Shown: positions 12,425 to 27,400 of the stretch, piece after piece | How positions within the stretch are numbered: position 1 is the stretch's first letter | How the letters are laid out: every line of letters begins with the position of its first letter | Assembly: GCF_022045235.1 (NCBI RefSeq) | Contig: NW_027266297.1 | Span: forward strand, 53,816,001-53,880,000 | DNA: 64,000 nucleotides | Direction: 5' to 3' | From: Haliotis cracherodii | Lineage: Eukaryota | Notes under the pieces: model-generated | Database searches by the model: none | What the model was told of the DNA's origin: nothing | The model's input: the letters and a program-made list of their open reading frames with translations, nothing else | Translations under genes and position numbers: made by a program

Positions 12425-15400
12425 CTGGAAGGAAAGAAACAATCATGACTTGTTCATGACCTGTTGGATATACTCATGACTAGTTCATGACCTGTTAGAT
12501 ATACTCATGACTTGTTCATGACCTGTTAGATATACTCATGACTTGTTCATGACCTGTTAAATATACTCATGACTAGTTCATGACCTGTTAGATATACTCA
12601 TGAATTGTTCATGACCTGTTAGATATACTCATGACTTGTTCATGACCTGTTAGGGACACTCATGACTAGTTCATGACCTGTAAGATATACTTATGACATG
12701 TTCATGATCTGTTAGATATACTCATGACTAGTTCATGACCTGTAAGATATACTTATGACATGTTCATGATCTGTTAAATATACTCATGACTACTTCATGA
12801 CCCGTGGGAGACACTCATGACTAGTTCATGACCTGTTAGATATACTCATGACATGTTCATGACCTGTTAGATATACTCATGACTAGTTCATGACCTGTTA
12901 GATATACTCATGACATGTTCATGACCTGTTAGATATACTCATGACTAGTTCATAACCTGTTAGATATACTCATGATTTGTTCATGACCTGTTAGATATAC
13001 TTATGACTCATTCATGACCTGTTAGATATACTCATGACTAGTTCATGACCTGTTAGATATACTCATGACTAGTTCATAACCTGTTAGATATATATACTCA
13101 TGACTAGTTCATGACCTGTTAGATATACTCATGAATTGTTCATGACCTGTTAGATATACTCATGACTTGTTCATGACCTGTTAGATATACTCATGACTTG
13201 TTCATGACCTGTTAGATATACTCATGACTACTTCATGACCTGTTAGATATACTCATGACTAGTTCATGACCTGTTAGATATACTCATGAATTGTTCATGA
13301 CCTGTTAGATATACTCATGACTTGTTCATGACCTGTTAGATATACTCATGACTTGTTCATGACCTGTTAGATATACTCATGACTACTTCATGACCTGTTA
13401 GATATACTCATGACTAGTTCATGACCTGTTAGATATACTCATGACATGTTCATGACCTGTTAGATATACTCATGACATGTTCATGACCTGTTAGATATAC
13501 TCATGACTTGTTCATGACCTGTTAGATATACTTATGACTCATTCATGACCTGTTACATATACTCATGACTAGTTCATGACCTGTTAGATATACTCACGAA
13601 TTGTTCATGACCTGTTAGATATACTCATGACTTGTTCATGACCTGTTAGATATACTCATGACATGTTCATGACTTGTTGGGGACACTCATGACTAGTTCA
13701 TGACCTGTTAGATATACTCATGACTAGTTCATGACCTGTTAGATATACTCATGACTTGTTCATGACCTGTTGGATATACTCGTGACTAGTTCATGACCTG
13801 TTAGATATACTCATGACATGTTCATGACCTGTTAGAGACACTCATGACTAGTTCATGACTTGTTAGATATACTCATGACTAGTTCATGACCTGTTAGATA
13901 TACTCATGACATGTTCATGATGTGTTAGGGACACTCTTGACTAATTCATGACCTGTTAGATATACTCATGAATTGTTCATGACCTGTAAGATATACTAAT
14001 GACAGGTTCATGATCTGTTAGATATACTCATGACTAGTTCATGACGTGTTAGGGACACTCATGACTAGTTTATGACCTGTTAGATATACTCATGACTTGT
14101 TCATGACCTGTTAGATATACTCATAACTCATTCATGACCTGTAAGATATACTCATGACTAGTTCATGACCTGTTAGATATACTCATGACTTGTTCATGAC
14201 CTGTTAGATATACTCATGACTAGTTCATGACCTGTTAGATATACTCATGACTAGTTCATGACCTGTTAGATATACTCATGACTAGTTCATGACCTGTTAG
14301 ATATACTCATGACTAGTTCATGACCTGTTAGATATACTCATGACATGTTCATGTCCTGTGGGAGACACTCATGACTAGTTCATGACTTGTTAGATATACT
14401 CATGACTAGTTCATGACCTTTTGGATATACTCATGACTTGTTCATGACCTGTTAGATATACTCATGACATGTTCATGACTTGTTGGGGACACTCATGACT
14501 AGTTCATGACCTGTTAGATATACTCATGACTAGTTCATGTCCTGTTAGATATACTCATGACTAGTTCATGACCTGTTAGATATACTCATGACTAGTTCAT
14601 GTCCTGTTAGATATAGCCATGACTAGTTAGATATACCGTGGGAGACACTCGTGACTTGTTCATGACCTGTTAGACTTCTTTTTGCTATTTATGTTCCCTT
14701 CTTTTTTATTGGATGAATTATAACAAATATGAAGTCTAACCACACTTTCATGCTTCCTGTGAATGACACATGTTGACAGTTGATGTACAGTTCCAGCACT
14801 GGCACTGCTGTTCCATGTAACTGCCCTGAGTTGTGAGAAGAACCTCAGTTGCCTTGCATGTCACTGGAGTAGAGGACCCCCTTGTTACAGTGTGGGACCT
14901 GGCTGTTGTTTTGGACATTCGGTACCTGTGTACTCGACTACGTTATGGTACTATCAACCACTGCTCTGCGTGGTCCAGACTGGATTATTTATAGTCTGAC
15001 TATATGGAATATTGGAGACCAAGGTTTCAAATAACATTTACTCATTCACTTAGGTGAATTAGGAAATGTCTTAAATAGGACGCAACAAAGTTGACTGTTT
15101 AGTAAGCAACACTTACGTCTGAGCGCTGTTGATGTCTGCTGCCTCAATGTCATGCTCGTCTGCAGTGCTGTCCCCCACATCCTCCTCTGGTCTGTCCTTC
15201 TGCTCCGGCTGCTGCTTTATGCCTGGAGGAATACAACACATGGTAAAACACATTAATAAAACATCTGACTCTTCTGTGATTTATGTAGCTCTTAGCAATA
15301 TTATAAAATATGTCAAACTTAATCTTCACATTCCCTCTGCCCTACACCTACCTGTCTCCCTCCAGCCCATCACCCAGTCAACTACCTGTCTCCCTCCAGC

Positions 15401-18400
15401 CCTACACCTAGTCACCTACCTGTCTCCCTCCAGCCCTACACCCAGTCACCTACCTGTCTTCCTCCAGCCCTACACCCAGCCACCTACCTGTCTTCCTCCA
15501 GCCCTACACCTAGTCACCTACCTGTCTCCCTCCAGCCCATCACCCGGCCACCTACCTGTCTTCCTCCAGCCCTACACCCAGCCACCTACCTGTCTCCCTC
15601 CAGCCCTACACCCAGCCACCTACCTGTCTTCCTCCAGCCCTACACCCAGCCACCTACCTGTCTCCCTCCAGCCCTACACCCGGCCACCTACCTGTCTCCC
15701 TCCAGCCCTACACCCAGTCACCTACCTGTCTCCCTCCAGCCCATCACCCAGTCACCTACCTCCCTCCAGCCCTACACCCGGCCACCTACCTGTCTCCCTC
15801 CAGCCCTACACCCAGTCAACTACCTGTCTCCCTCCAGCCCATCACCCAGTCACCTACCTGTCTCCCTCCAGCCCTACCCCCAGTCACCTACCTGTCTCCC
15901 TCCAGCCCATCACCCAGTCACCTACCTGTCTCCCTCCAGCCCATCACCCAGTCACCTACCTGTCTTCCTCCAGCCCTACACCTAGTCACCTACCTGTCTC
16001 CCTCAAGCCCAACACCCAGTCATCTACCTGTCTCCCTCCAGCCCTACACCCAGTCACCTACCTGTCTTCCTCCAGCCCTACACCCAGTCACCTACCTGCC
16101 TTCCTCCAGCCCTACACCCAGTCACCTACCTGTCTTCCTCCAGCCCTACACCCAGCCACCTACCTGTCTTCCTCCAGCCCTACACCCAGTCACCTACCTG
16201 TCTTCCTCCAGCCCTTCCAGGTACAGGTGGCCCAGCTGCTCATGCTGCTGAGGAGCTGGAAGTCTCGGGCTGATATCCCACAGTGCTTCATGAACTCCTT
16301 GCCGACATATGCCTTCCAGGTACATCGGTGGTGGCAGCACAGCGCTATCACTACACCCGAGGGCAGCCTAGGAAGGAGGGAACATGTTATTATAATTTGT
16401 ATTTGTCTTAGAGTATACAGTGAGTAAAACATATTACATGAATTGGAATCCATGCATTTATAAGACAAAAGTAGCAATAATGGCCTCCAAGCAGCGTTCA
16501 GCAACCATTTTATTATCCTCATAAATAAATTGTTCAAATATAAGTTGCCCTGGCTGTAGGGGAACACCACAGTCTGCTCTATCATTGCAGCCGCTCAGGT
16601 ATAAATTATTATTTTTTTATTACAAGTCCGCAAAAATCATCTGCTACAGAATTGTCATCTAAATAATGGTGAACGTGGTAGCCCACAAGGAAATGTCACT
16701 AGTCCCTCCTGGCTAATGTTAATTTGAACCCAGTCATCCTTTAGACAATCAAGCTTGGGACCATCTTCCCGAGGCAAGGGAGTTAACTGACCTTAAAAGT
16801 CCAGTTTCCACCCTTGCCGAACTAGGCTGGAATTTCTTGGCTCTATCGTAGGCCCACCAGTGGCTATTACAAGTTATGTCCCTTCTAAGCCTCTCCTATA
16901 GACCAATAAGATTCCACCTCGTACCACTTGCATTTGCTTCAAACATAAGTGGCTCCCAGTCAAGACGATCTGATCGATAATCAAGGTCTATATTGTAATA
17001 AAATGGGTCTTACATCACAAAATGCATCAAATCACGTGAGCACCTTGATTAAAAACATGGAAAGATTTGGAAAATATCTGTTGACAGGGAGTTGGCAGTG
17101 CACATGCTTTGCAAATACTGCCATTGACCGAAATCTGCACAACAGATTACAAACCGGATTTCTATTTGGTTGCGTAATTTTGATTGGACTATGCATAGAC
17201 TCTTTAGTCCAGCCAAAATGTAACTCCATAATACCAGCCTAGTTTGGCAAGGGTGGAAATTGGACTTATATAGTCAGTTAACTCTCTTGCCTCGGGAAGA
17301 TGGCTTGGGACAGAGAAACACATGGATGATGAGCACTACCCATGCAGTCGGGGTCCAATGTTCGTTGTTTAACGCCTCACTCAGCAATATGCCAGCTATA
17401 TGACAGTGGTCTCTACATAATCTAGTCTGGACCAGACAGTCTAGTGATTGACACAGTGAGCATAGATCTACGCAAGGCCAACCTGGGTTGCTGAAGACCT
17501 ATTCTAACCCGGATCTTCATTGGTCTCTGGGTTCAATGACATCATCAGGTCACATGGGGTACTGGGGACATCCCTATGGAGGTTGCCAGGGAACAAAATG
17601 ATAGTGTACTTGTAAGGAAAGTTGGAAGTCTTGAAAAATAGAAGAAAATAATGGGCATTACTTCTACAGGGCAACACTAACAATGATTGAGTGAGTATGC
17701 AGTATCCAGCAATATCACAGCAGGGTACACCAGAAATTGGCTTTACACATTGTACCCATGTCGGGAATCAAACCCGGGTCTTCGGCGTGACGAGCGAATG
17801 CATTAACCACTGGGCTACTTGACAGCCCCAACGCCAACAATGCTTGTGACAGTGTGATTAGTGACTACCTGTGTTTATGTTCTGTTCTGGGCTTCTTGGA
17901 AGGAGATTGTTCACAGGTTTGGTTGTCATCTGACTTGGGAAGTGTCTCAAGTAGACATCTCAGTGCTAGATCTAGCAAAGTGGTGAAAAACAATCCTTTT
18001 GAACCATAAGATTGAAAAGATAAACAAAAATTTATTAGTTGACAAAATCTTATTATTCATTAAACATAGCTGTGTAAAGACTGATATGACTGGCTACCTT
18101 TATATAAATATTTTTGCGACAATACAAATATATCAAATCTGGCATTTCCATCAGAACTTCACAACATTCAGTCCCTGTGGCCTTAATCAGATGTTTACAG
18201 CAATGCAATACCTTGTGAAGATCTGATCTGATGCCATATCCATAAAAAGTCATGTAAGGTCAACCCTGAGTGAATATTCACCGTCCAATAAAATGAAGGA
18301 AGCGTGGGTTCTTGAGCCAATCATATGTCGGCTTTCTGATTGATTTATTGGCTGATTTTAAAGCAATTCATCTTCATTTCTTTAACACTTTGATGACATT

Positions 18401-21400
18401 TTGAGGTCAACAAAAGATAACCCACACACAACATATATATTCCTTTGGTGGACTGATTGGGTGTAGAGTGCTCAAGGCCCTCAGAACCAACAGGGGGTAG
18501 AACATGTTTTGCAACAATTCAATGGTGTGGCCTTTATCCTTTATGACAGAAATGGTGGTCAGATTGCCTGGACGGTTCACCTGTTTAGATCTTCAAGCAG
18601 AGAGGAATATATCGTATGAGAGTGGAAGACGTGATATTACTGCAATTAGTACCTGTGGCTGCACCACACAAGTGTTTTCCCATAGCAACCACTGGACGGT
18701 GGTCATCTGCTGATATTGTGTTGTACTTCCCTGAAACAAAGAATCAAGACGACATGGTAAAAACGTACATTTATTCAATTTAATTCACTAGTGATATGCA
18801 TACAGTGTGCAACCACTGAATTACCTCCCTTTGTAGGTCTTTAAATTGGAAATGCAGGTGGTTACAGATACAGAGGAAAGATGAAACACAAAACTCAATT
18901 AACTGTTATTTATTTACTGGTATGTGATTCACAAATGCTTTTGATTCTTGATGTTTCATCAAAATTGATGTTGATGCAATGAAGCACATATTCCTTAGAG
19001 TGGTTAATGTTAATGTTTCAGCTTCCACCGTCACTACAGATCACCAGCAGTAACACACCCACATACTTCCTGTAGAAACCCCAACAAGATATCAAACAAC
19101 ATGACGCACCCAGATTTAAGTGTTCAATGTCTATCCTGAGCCTCTCAAACTTGGGTCCCTGTTCTTCTCGGTGCTGGTTGTCAAGCTGAAATAGCATTTG
19201 GAATATTATGGGACAACTTTCTATTTTCTGTTACAGATTAAACTAAACCAAAGCAGAAAATAAAATAAAATAGTTTTATTTGTTTATTAATATTTATTTA
19301 ATGTGCTCATCTTTGAAGGATCAGTAAAACTATGAACTATTTACTTTCTTAATAATAATTAATTAAATGCATTGTCAGGTAGTCTCTCCTCTCCGCAATC
19401 CCCCTTAAAAAAGTAAAATAAAACCTTCTCTTATATATACATATTACTGTAAAAATACTAAATGTCCTGCACTCATAATTAATCATTTTTTCCAACTAAA
19501 CAAACCTAACCAAACAACTTAATAATATTTATGTCTCAAAACATTTAAATATTGAGATACCCAAATGTATATTAGCTTATTTTGAGTGCCAACACCTCCA
19601 TGTCCTTACTTTGTATCGTATCGTGCCTCTGTCCACCAAGACGAAGGAAACTTTATCACACTTCTCCACCGCTCGCTGGACCCAGTGAGACAGCTGACCT
19701 GTACAAGGGACATCACACAGTGGGGGAACATTTCTACTTCAACAATAACGTAATAAAAAAGACATTTTATTCAAAAAAGGTTTTTGAGAAGATTACAATC
19801 CACTAGTGATCAGTGATCCTAGGTGACAAGGCCATACAACGATCCTTTCAAGAGTAAGATGACGATTAAACCACCTTGCCACCAACCAAAATTAAGGACA
19901 TTACAAAGCCTTTTCAAAGCAATGGTCACACTTTTCTGGAAGTAAGACCCACAAATTTATTTCAAAACAGATATATTAAGACATTCTCTATTTTATTGTC
20001 AGAATGCAAATCCAACTAAACTATTAAAATCTAAGTCAAATCAGTGTTTCTATTTGATTTATCAATCGAGTATTGGCCTTACTTTTGCAACATGACATCA
20101 CAAATTGATAGTGAAAAAACAATAATAATACATCTAATTTATGGCAGAGTTAACAATGATAGCCAAATTAAATGTTAACATGTTCAAGACATTTTATCAA
20201 TTTTTTTAAAGGCAGATTCAATCTTATGTTCTTTTCAAGCCTGGATTCAAGCCCGGATTCAAGCCTGGATTCAAGCCTGTCTATGGTAGTGTTTGGTATG
20301 TAAGGGTCAGGACTGAACACAGAAAACCTGCCCTGTACCATGACAACATACCTTTCCCTGCACCCATCTCCACAAAGCAGACGCCATCTTTCAGCAGCTG
20401 CAGCTTGTCTAGGTGGCCGACCAGTGAGGCCTGCAATAACCATGGTCACGTATCTCACCAACACTTCACAATATCATGATTATTTCAGTGGGAAAGCTAG
20501 TGTCACATGAGCTGTGTGTCACTGCAGGAAACAACAAGATGCTAACATATCTGACTCAAATACTTGATTTTCTTCCCGTAGACTGTTTAGAAACGTCTTC
20601 ATGCACAGAATTAACGGATCTCTAACAATGACAGTTGGTGAGATCAATTAAACTTGTGATTTTTATTTCTCACCCTTATAAGTTATGACAAATATAAACT
20701 GTTGGTCTTGTAAGATACTAACTAATCAGAAGCAGATCATCATTCCGCTGAAGGGGTTGTTGTCAACACGGGTACTACAGATATGTACCCCTGGTACGTT
20801 TTTGTATACAGAAATGTACCCTAGCCAAAATCAGAATACAGAAAGGTACCCTAGGATGAGTCCATTCCCCCACAGGCTGTATTGCGCAATGCGCTGAACC
20901 GGCTCCTTGAACGCTTTAGACGTATACAACACGGCCTTCATCCCAAACCGCAGTAAAATTCAACATGGCAGTACACGCTGTATATTTTTTTTTTCTCTTG
21001 GCATTTCCTTTCCATAAATGGATCAGAACTGTCATGTTGTATGAGATGCATTCCAGCGTGCTATATAAAAAGTGAGCAATCACAGTGATGTACATACATT
21101 ACTCTAATAACAATGCAAAGCATTGTCCTGCATGCACTTATCATCTAGCGAACCAGAACTACAACATGACCCGGTTTCGGTTTCAGGTTGAGGAATAAGG
21201 ACTCGTCTGCCGTTAAGGGTACGAGGTACCTTTCTGTATTCTGACTTTGGTACCTGGGGTACATATCTGTAGTACCCGTGCCGACAACGACACCTTCATC
21301 TATAATCCCTGGCAACTGTTAATACCAAATAAAACATAAACACATCCTAGACAGAAATGAATACTTGTTACTGTGGAAATAGTAAACATTCACATAAAAA

Positions 21401-24400
21401 AGGCAAAATCATATACAACTGCTTGAGTTCAAAGTGACAATGAAGGGTCATTGTCAACGCTGATCAGTTCCACATGGAAGTAGTTTCATCCAGAACAAAT
21501 ATTTCCAGTGTAAATGTATCATGGAAAAGGTTTCCTAGGGAAAACAGTCCCAGGGCTTAATTCCCCTCGGGAAAAATGGTACAAAGACACAATTTCGCTA
21601 CAGGGACAGGTACTCTTTGACATCATTGTCATGCCACTGAAGTCTGGTTAGAGTTACCTGCCCTTGCCCAAAGCTGTACTGAAACTACATGCACATCACG
21701 GCTGGGATGGGTAACTCAGGTACTCGGGCCGGGGGCGGTTCCTGAGTAGGATGCGGGGACCCACATGACTACCCGGACCCGTGGTTAGTCATGTGATATA
21801 CTAGTATTGTTTAATGACAAAAATTATTTAGAACTCCATGGTTACAATACAAGTCAATAATTTGTTTCTTTATAATGATGGAGGCTTAGCTTCTGACTTT
21901 TATATGTTTGGGTAAAGATAAACCTTCAGTCAACTTCAGTGTATGCATGACCAGATCGTGTTATACATGTACCTAAATACTTTTGCCAAAGCTCCGTTCA
22001 AACAATACTCAATCAGGCATTTTGTACCCATCTCTTGAGACATACAGTCCTAATGCACATTGAGTGTGTTACCTGCTGTTTGCGATGTCTCAGTGCTGGT
22101 GTGCCATATGAAGGATTCTCCAACTCTTCCCTCAGACAACTGTGGCTGAGGATGTCTGTCTTGATGTCTTGTATGTGTTCTGTCAGGGGACATAATTCAT
22201 CTCAATAACATTCTATTGGTTATATATTCAAGGTAACGTTGAAGTAAACATTAAATTAAATTAATCTATTTAGTCTATGACAGGTTGGGCTTTATGTTTG
22301 TGTCATTCGTTATCAGTGCTGAGAAAATGTAATCTGTAATATATTTTTCATGAGTTTACGTTTTCCATTGGATAGGTGGCCTGTCCCATAAATGTGAAAC
22401 CAGTGTTAATTAGTGTATAAATGACACATTTATCCATTCATACATTTTTCACAAGACTGTATTCTTGAAATGATATAAACACTCACAGACAACTTCCACA
22501 TTCGGTGTGGTAGGGTGGCCTAGTGGTTAAAGCGTTCACTCGTCACGCCGAAGACCCGGGTTCAACGTGTGAAGCCCGTTTGAATATTGTTAAAAGCAGC
22601 GTAAAACCATAATCACTCACTCACTCACTTTTACATTCCTGGGGAAACCCCAGGGAATCCTGTAGCAAGAGTACATATGTTGTCTGATCATTTAGACACC
22701 TTGGTCTTTGAACTCAGCATTTTATCACACACTGGAAAAAGTCTGACTGTTTGTCTGCATGCCTGTGATTAAATATCGTCACTACGACCCCTCCTAGTAA
22801 ACAAAACAAAGAAAGGCACACCCACACTATTGACTCCATCTGTGCCGAGACTGACAGTGACAGTCAACATTATTCTACAGAAATCTAGGAATTTACTGCA
22901 GTCTCTGTTCGACACTTCGCTATAATCACAATGGAATGATCAACCCATTGATGAATGAGGTTTATACTGCCTTATCTACATTTCTAGACAAAATTCAACA
23001 TAGCTGGAAATCAACAATCAGAATTTGACTGAAAGTGTTCAGCTGCGTATACCGGTATGTCTTACCGTTATATAATTTATTCACTCTGTCAATGAGACTC
23101 TGCAGTTCCTCATCCTTCACAGTACACACTGTCACCTGCAATAAACAAACCACGCTCTCATTGAAACATTACTAGAATCCGTGTTTGAAATAGCAAACTG
23201 GGCAGGCTGCCATCAGGACCCACCAGTGCACAGACCATAGAACATGCAGGCTCTGGTTAACATCTTCAGGCCATCATTTAAAAAAACTGCAGCTTATTGT
23301 GACAAATATATTGACGCACAAACTTATTCCAGGACACAAGACCCCCCACAAATTTGAAACTACAGCCCCCGACAAGAGATCTACCTGCCACAGGCCTACA
23401 GGCAGGCGCTTATTGCGAACACTGAGTTGAATGTATTCCTCGACAATGGTGAACCCTATGATTGATGTCTTCATGAATTTAACACAATTTTCTGACACAA
23501 TGACAGTTCCAACAGATGCTAAGACCTTGTCACATACATGACATGGGCCTAAATATATCATTAACAATCATTTTATTTGAGAGGGATATCTTTTAGAAAA
23601 TATCTCAAATTAATTCAGTAAAATGTAAAACTAAACTATAGAACTTTTTATCCACATCACCAGTGAAAAAAAGCCAAATCAGAATATTTTGCGAACATCT
23701 AGAGGTGTTCAATTAGTATGCCCAACTTGCTCGACCTATGAAAATAAAATTTAGTTGCCCTCGGGCAAGTATGACATTGGGCAGTATTAACTTCGAAACT
23801 TAGAAGATGCATAGTGTGTTTTTCAACTGCATATGAACTGACTAGATATTTTTCTATTCTGCACATCTTCCATTAGCTGTAGCTACAGTACTAACGTTTT
23901 TTTGGCAAAATGAAACTTTTTAATTTTCTCTAATTTAGCAGGGCAAGTTAAAAATCAGGACGGGCACGGAGAATGTATTAATATGTTTATTTGCCCTTGG
24001 TCAAGTAGGAAGATTTGGTATTTGAACGCCCCTGACATCACAATAACAGATGCTGATATTGTAACTTTTGACCCAGACTGGTAGGATCATGTTCATAAAC
24101 ACATCAAACGTTTTATAACACTGGCATAGAGTTCCAGCAAAATGGCCCACAGTAGTCCGCTAAGCAGCAAGTATATCTTTGTGACAGCATCAAGGAGTTG
24201 AGTACACATCTGCAGAAATAAATGCTTTCTGTCAAAAGTGGCAAAACAATTTAATTTAAAAAAATGTTATCAGAAGAACTAGAAAAAAAAAGAAGAAGAA
24301 TATGAACAAACCTTGGGTTGAGGGGCAGCATCTCCGTCATCATTGCCGGCGTTGATTCCCTGCTGGTGGTAGCCCTGGCAACCAGGACAGAAGACAACAG

Positions 24401-27400
24401 CATCAGCAGACAACCAGGAGGAGATAAACCTTACCACCAAATTTGAGGTGGTCTCACGGTAGAATCGACACCTCTTCTTTTTCATTCGGAACCAAGCATT
24501 AAAAGTAGCTTTATCGCTTACATATTACATACCGGTACATCAATTATTAGATTATCATCCCTGCCAACCTCATGACCAAACATTGTCTTATTGCCCCCCA
24601 AAGACATATTGATGAAAAAATAATCTACTATTTGATTTCCCATGTGTGCACTTGAATGGCACCATGAATCAGTGTTGAACATACCCACCTGTCCATGATG
24701 ATGTATTTTGCTGACGGACGGTTAGTTTTGAAAAGTTGCACGCCCTATATTCTGGAGTTAGAGTTACTAAGTTAACAATCCACCAGTTTATTGTTACTTT
24801 CTGAGAACAAACATTAAACAATACTATTCTTATGTTTACACTTTTGTTGTGTCAAACTTTGATGTGTTGAACTTATGTTTGTCTCAAAGTAAAAGCTTGG
24901 TCCCTGGGTATTCCTTCTTCATTCATCATTTTCTGTTGTGTAGAACTTTGAATAACTCAAAGTATTTACGTAGGTCCCTTCAACTTTGACACTGTGGTGT
25001 TTGTCTGTACCACTATAAGTGTCATGTTAATGATCAATTTTGGGCTATTCAAACATGTGGTTGACAGCATGAACAACGATCCACACTGGTTGGGTACACT
25101 GACATACAATCAGCCAGGTCATTCAACCTCCTGATTCCAAATAGTCAGCATTTATGACCCGCAGTGGGTACCAGGGATCTACTGCCCTGGAATCCCTGGA
25201 AAGTGCATCATCAGAACAAGAAGCATATAGATATTAGGGCTGGGACGAGTTCAAATTTACTACCCGATTCTACCCGGGTACACACTGTTGGTGTCAAGAT
25301 ATAGGTACAAGATGTCCGATTGATTATAGTTTGACAGTAGCCCTGGCAGAATGTTTTTAGATACACGTATAAAACGATGTGATCATGCATACACTGAAGC
25401 TGACTGAAGTTTTAGCTTTGTTCAAACATATTTAAGTCAGAAGAAACGTGTTCATAGTCATGAAGTAATGCGAACATTAGATATTTAAAATTGTCGTGTA
25501 ACCATGTAGTTACATAGTGGATTTTTGTCATGAAACAACATATCACGTGACTAACCACAGGTCCGGGTAGTCCTGTGGGTACCCGGGTCCTACTCAGTAC
25601 CCACCCGACCCGGGTACCCGAGTTTACCGTCCCAGTCCAAATAGATATGCTTGTAAATATATCAGGACGTCATTTACCTCAACAGCATTCTTTGTTACAC
25701 TTTTGTTACATTTCTTTAAGTGTTTTTCCAGACTGTCTTCATAACAGGTGCTGAAACGGAGAGAAAATGAGGTTTCAATTTCATCCATTCTTTCAATGCT
25801 ATCAAAGTGTACATTATTTTCATGATGATGGTTTTGACATCTTCTGTACAACAGAGACCATATAAACATAATAATCTAACTATCAATATGGTCGCTCTGA
25901 ACATGCTGAACAAGAAAAACATGTTAACTGTTATTTGTTCTACTAGCTGGTTACAATGATCAGCTGATGATTTTGAAATTGAAAAACTTACTGTTTTGGA
26001 TCCAGAGGACATGGTATTCTTTTTCTTCCCAGTTGAACCTGCAACAAACAAAGCACACTTTACCAGCAGGTCATGTCAGTGTGTCCAATTAGGAAAGTTA
26101 TAACATAAACTGCCAGGCTGGATCTGGTGGAACAAAATTTTATGTCACAAAATAAGAAATATGAACAGATGAATTGGTATTGGAACAGGAAACTTGCCAA
26201 AAATGTTCGACAATTTGATGTACAGCATTATGATTTGAATCACCTACCAATTCATTTGATTGGCATTTTTAGAAGTTGGTAAGTAACAGTAAAGACAAGA
26301 TATTTTATGGATGGCAACTTCTTTATTCAGTTATGATGCGATGTTTTCGTATAGATCCATATACCATTGTCAAGCATTAAAGGGGCACTGATCTAAAGCA
26401 ATTTCCTGGGACTGGTTGTTGCCTTTGTTGATGTTATTTCCCAGTGAGTACCCGGATGTATAGCAGAAATCTAGACTAGATCGCGACCTGTGCTGCGTCA
26501 TTCGTAAGTTCACTAGTCACTTTTGTTGGTAGTAATAAGGGCATATGGTCACATTGATCAACAAAATGAAATACAGTTTTCGAGATAATAAGGAAATATA
26601 GGTATCTTTGTGGGTAGCATCAGTAATGGTGACGAAGTTTTGATAAGTCACTTGCTTTGTAATTTTGCGATTTTCGTTAACACTATTTTGACTTGCAACA
26701 CAAAGTAAATATTTCACCTGTGCATTGCATTTTTTATAGTGTGTATATCTTTTTACTGTCAAAATTGCTTTAGATCACTATCACAGCAGGAGACATCAGA
26801 AATGGGCTTCACACATTGTACCCATCTGGGAATTTGAACCCGGGCCTTCAGTGTGACAAGCAAACACTTTATCCACTAGGCTACCCCATTGCCCCAAACA
26901 AGTAAGAGAGCAGCACAGTACAGACTAATATACATCTCAGAAGGATTTAAGAAGAACAACATAAGGATGTACACGAAAGGGATTAACATCAACAAAGGAT
27001 AATGGTTGAATGATACAGTGACAACAGAAAGAAGCCAACTGAACATGATGGGGAACAGAAATTAGGGTACGTAGGAAATCATATTCAATGTATTCAGTAA
27101 TGTATTCCTAGACATTTTCAATTGCACAGAAAGGAGTGTTTGTATTTGTATTCATACAGTAACCAAGTTTTCGAGAGACTAGGCATGAGACAATTGATAG
27201 TTATTGCAAAATGGGTTCAAGCACCTCTATATTTGTTTGCTGACTCATGTTCTTAGATGAATTTTAATCTAGCAATTAAATGATAATACAATATTCGAAA
27301 TCTAAAAAGAAAAAAAAAACATATGGAAAACTGAAATGGCTTCCTTGTTTATCTGATACAGTCAACTTTCAGCAAATGTCACGAATGATGTGACCGTTAA

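Noticed and set aside
12443-14676. CRISPR-like appearance of the 31-35 bp repeat arrays (also 42487-43850 and 47331-47771)
   Set aside because: Units are head-to-tail with no unique spacers, there are no cas genes, and the context is eukaryotic.
15129-16427. 432-aa Pro/Ser/Thr-rich plus-strand ORF
   Set aside because: It is the antisense reading of TRMT13 exons 12-13 and the 34-bp minisatellite, open only because the repeat lacks stops.
21650-21690. Possible TRMT13 SAM-motif exon (SFGQGQ|gtaac)
   Set aside because: The true motif exon (FVEMGAGK) is at 20352-20430 with correct phases.
25964-25990. CTGATGA...GAAA hammerhead-like words
   Set aside because: No convincing stems II, III or I; it lies in AT-rich intron sequence next to a donor.
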